Positions 63,290 to 64,000 of a stretch of 64,000 bases of DNA are shown here, piece by piece. The stretch covers positions 12,728,035-12,792,034 of the forward strand of contig NC_083447.1 of NCBI RefSeq assembly GCF_020745735.1, read 5' to 3'. The notes beneath the pieces are model-generated. The model did not search any database. It was not told the origin of the DNA and saw only the letters and a list, made by a program, of their open reading frames with translations. The stretch's first letter is position 1. Every line of letters begins with the position of its first letter. The stretch comes from Hemiscyllium ocellatum. Lineage: Eukaryota. Position numbers and translations under genes: made by a program.

Positions 63290-63680
63290 AGAATGTAGGA
63301 AAAGCTTTCCACAATATTCTTGAATCCCTAGATATCTTTAATATTGTATTTAGAAATCTATCAATCTCGGCCTTAAACATAAGACTATTAGATATAGGAG
63401 CAGAATTAGGCCATTTGCCCAATGAGTCTCTTCCACCTTTCAATCATGGCTGATATGCTTCTCAACCTGCCTTCTCTCTGTAACCTTTGATCCCCTTACT
63501 AATCAACAAACTATCTGTCTCGGTCTTAAATACACTCAATAACTTGACCTTCTGGGGCAATGAGTTCCACAGATTCACCACCCCCTGGCTGAAGAAATTC
63601 CATCTCATCTCAATACTGAAGGGCTGTCCCTTCACTCTGGAGCTGTGCTGTCAGGTCCTAGTCTCTCCTACTAGTAAGAC
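63290..63680 (-). mobile_element. CR1 LINE 3' fragments
   Basis: FFSQGVVNLWNSLP motif on the minus strand; homologous to 41250-41560. Confidence 0.72.
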
Positions 63681-64000
63681 ACATTTAGTGACTGAGGCAC
63701 CACAGCCCTCCTGACTGAAAAGATATTTGTCCTAATGTTAAATTTTCTTTCAAAGTAACTCTCAGTGCCTAGGAAATTCAAAATGTCTTCATGATGTGAT
63801 GAGAAAATTATGCTTCGCTCACTCAGTATTAAACTCACTTTTATGAATTTATCTTCAGGATTGTTGATTTTTGCAATAATTCCCTAATTATTCACATCTG
63901 TGAAATAAAGCAATAATTCACATGATTGAAATAACTGGGATTTATTTTAATTAGTTCCCTTAGGAATACAGTAACATTAGACAGAAATTTACAGCAGCAA

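Overview
Vertebrate genomic DNA, most likely from a cartilaginous fish (shark), inferred from many HE1-type V-SINEs, CR1 LINEs and Deu-type SINEs. It carries the conserved TGFB1-B9D2-TMEM91 block. TGFB1 coding exon 1 is on the minus strand (13145-12776), with intron 1 running off the left edge. B9D2 is complete on the minus strand: three coding exons of 88+126+314 nt give 175 aa, with a CpG/CCAAT/GC-box/X-box promoter near 32.9 kb. The first coding exon of a SYNDIG1-family gene, TMEM91 by synteny, is on the plus strand (62831-63271). Much of the rest is transposon-derived. The most striking unannotated signal is a Penelope-like element (PLE) system carrying minimal type-I hammerhead ribozymes. 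It comprises one decayed RT + GIY-YIG copy (9311-11350) and many short terminal fragments from at least 2-3 families. Several fragments are flanked by target-site duplications, and three are fold-back hairpins that start at the same nucleotide and end in a 33-34 nt unpaired tail. One hairpin holds an apparently intact hammerhead core (35276-35241), and another folds back at the predicted cleavage site. Repeat boundaries are read by eye and approximate; family names come from motif recognition, not database searches.
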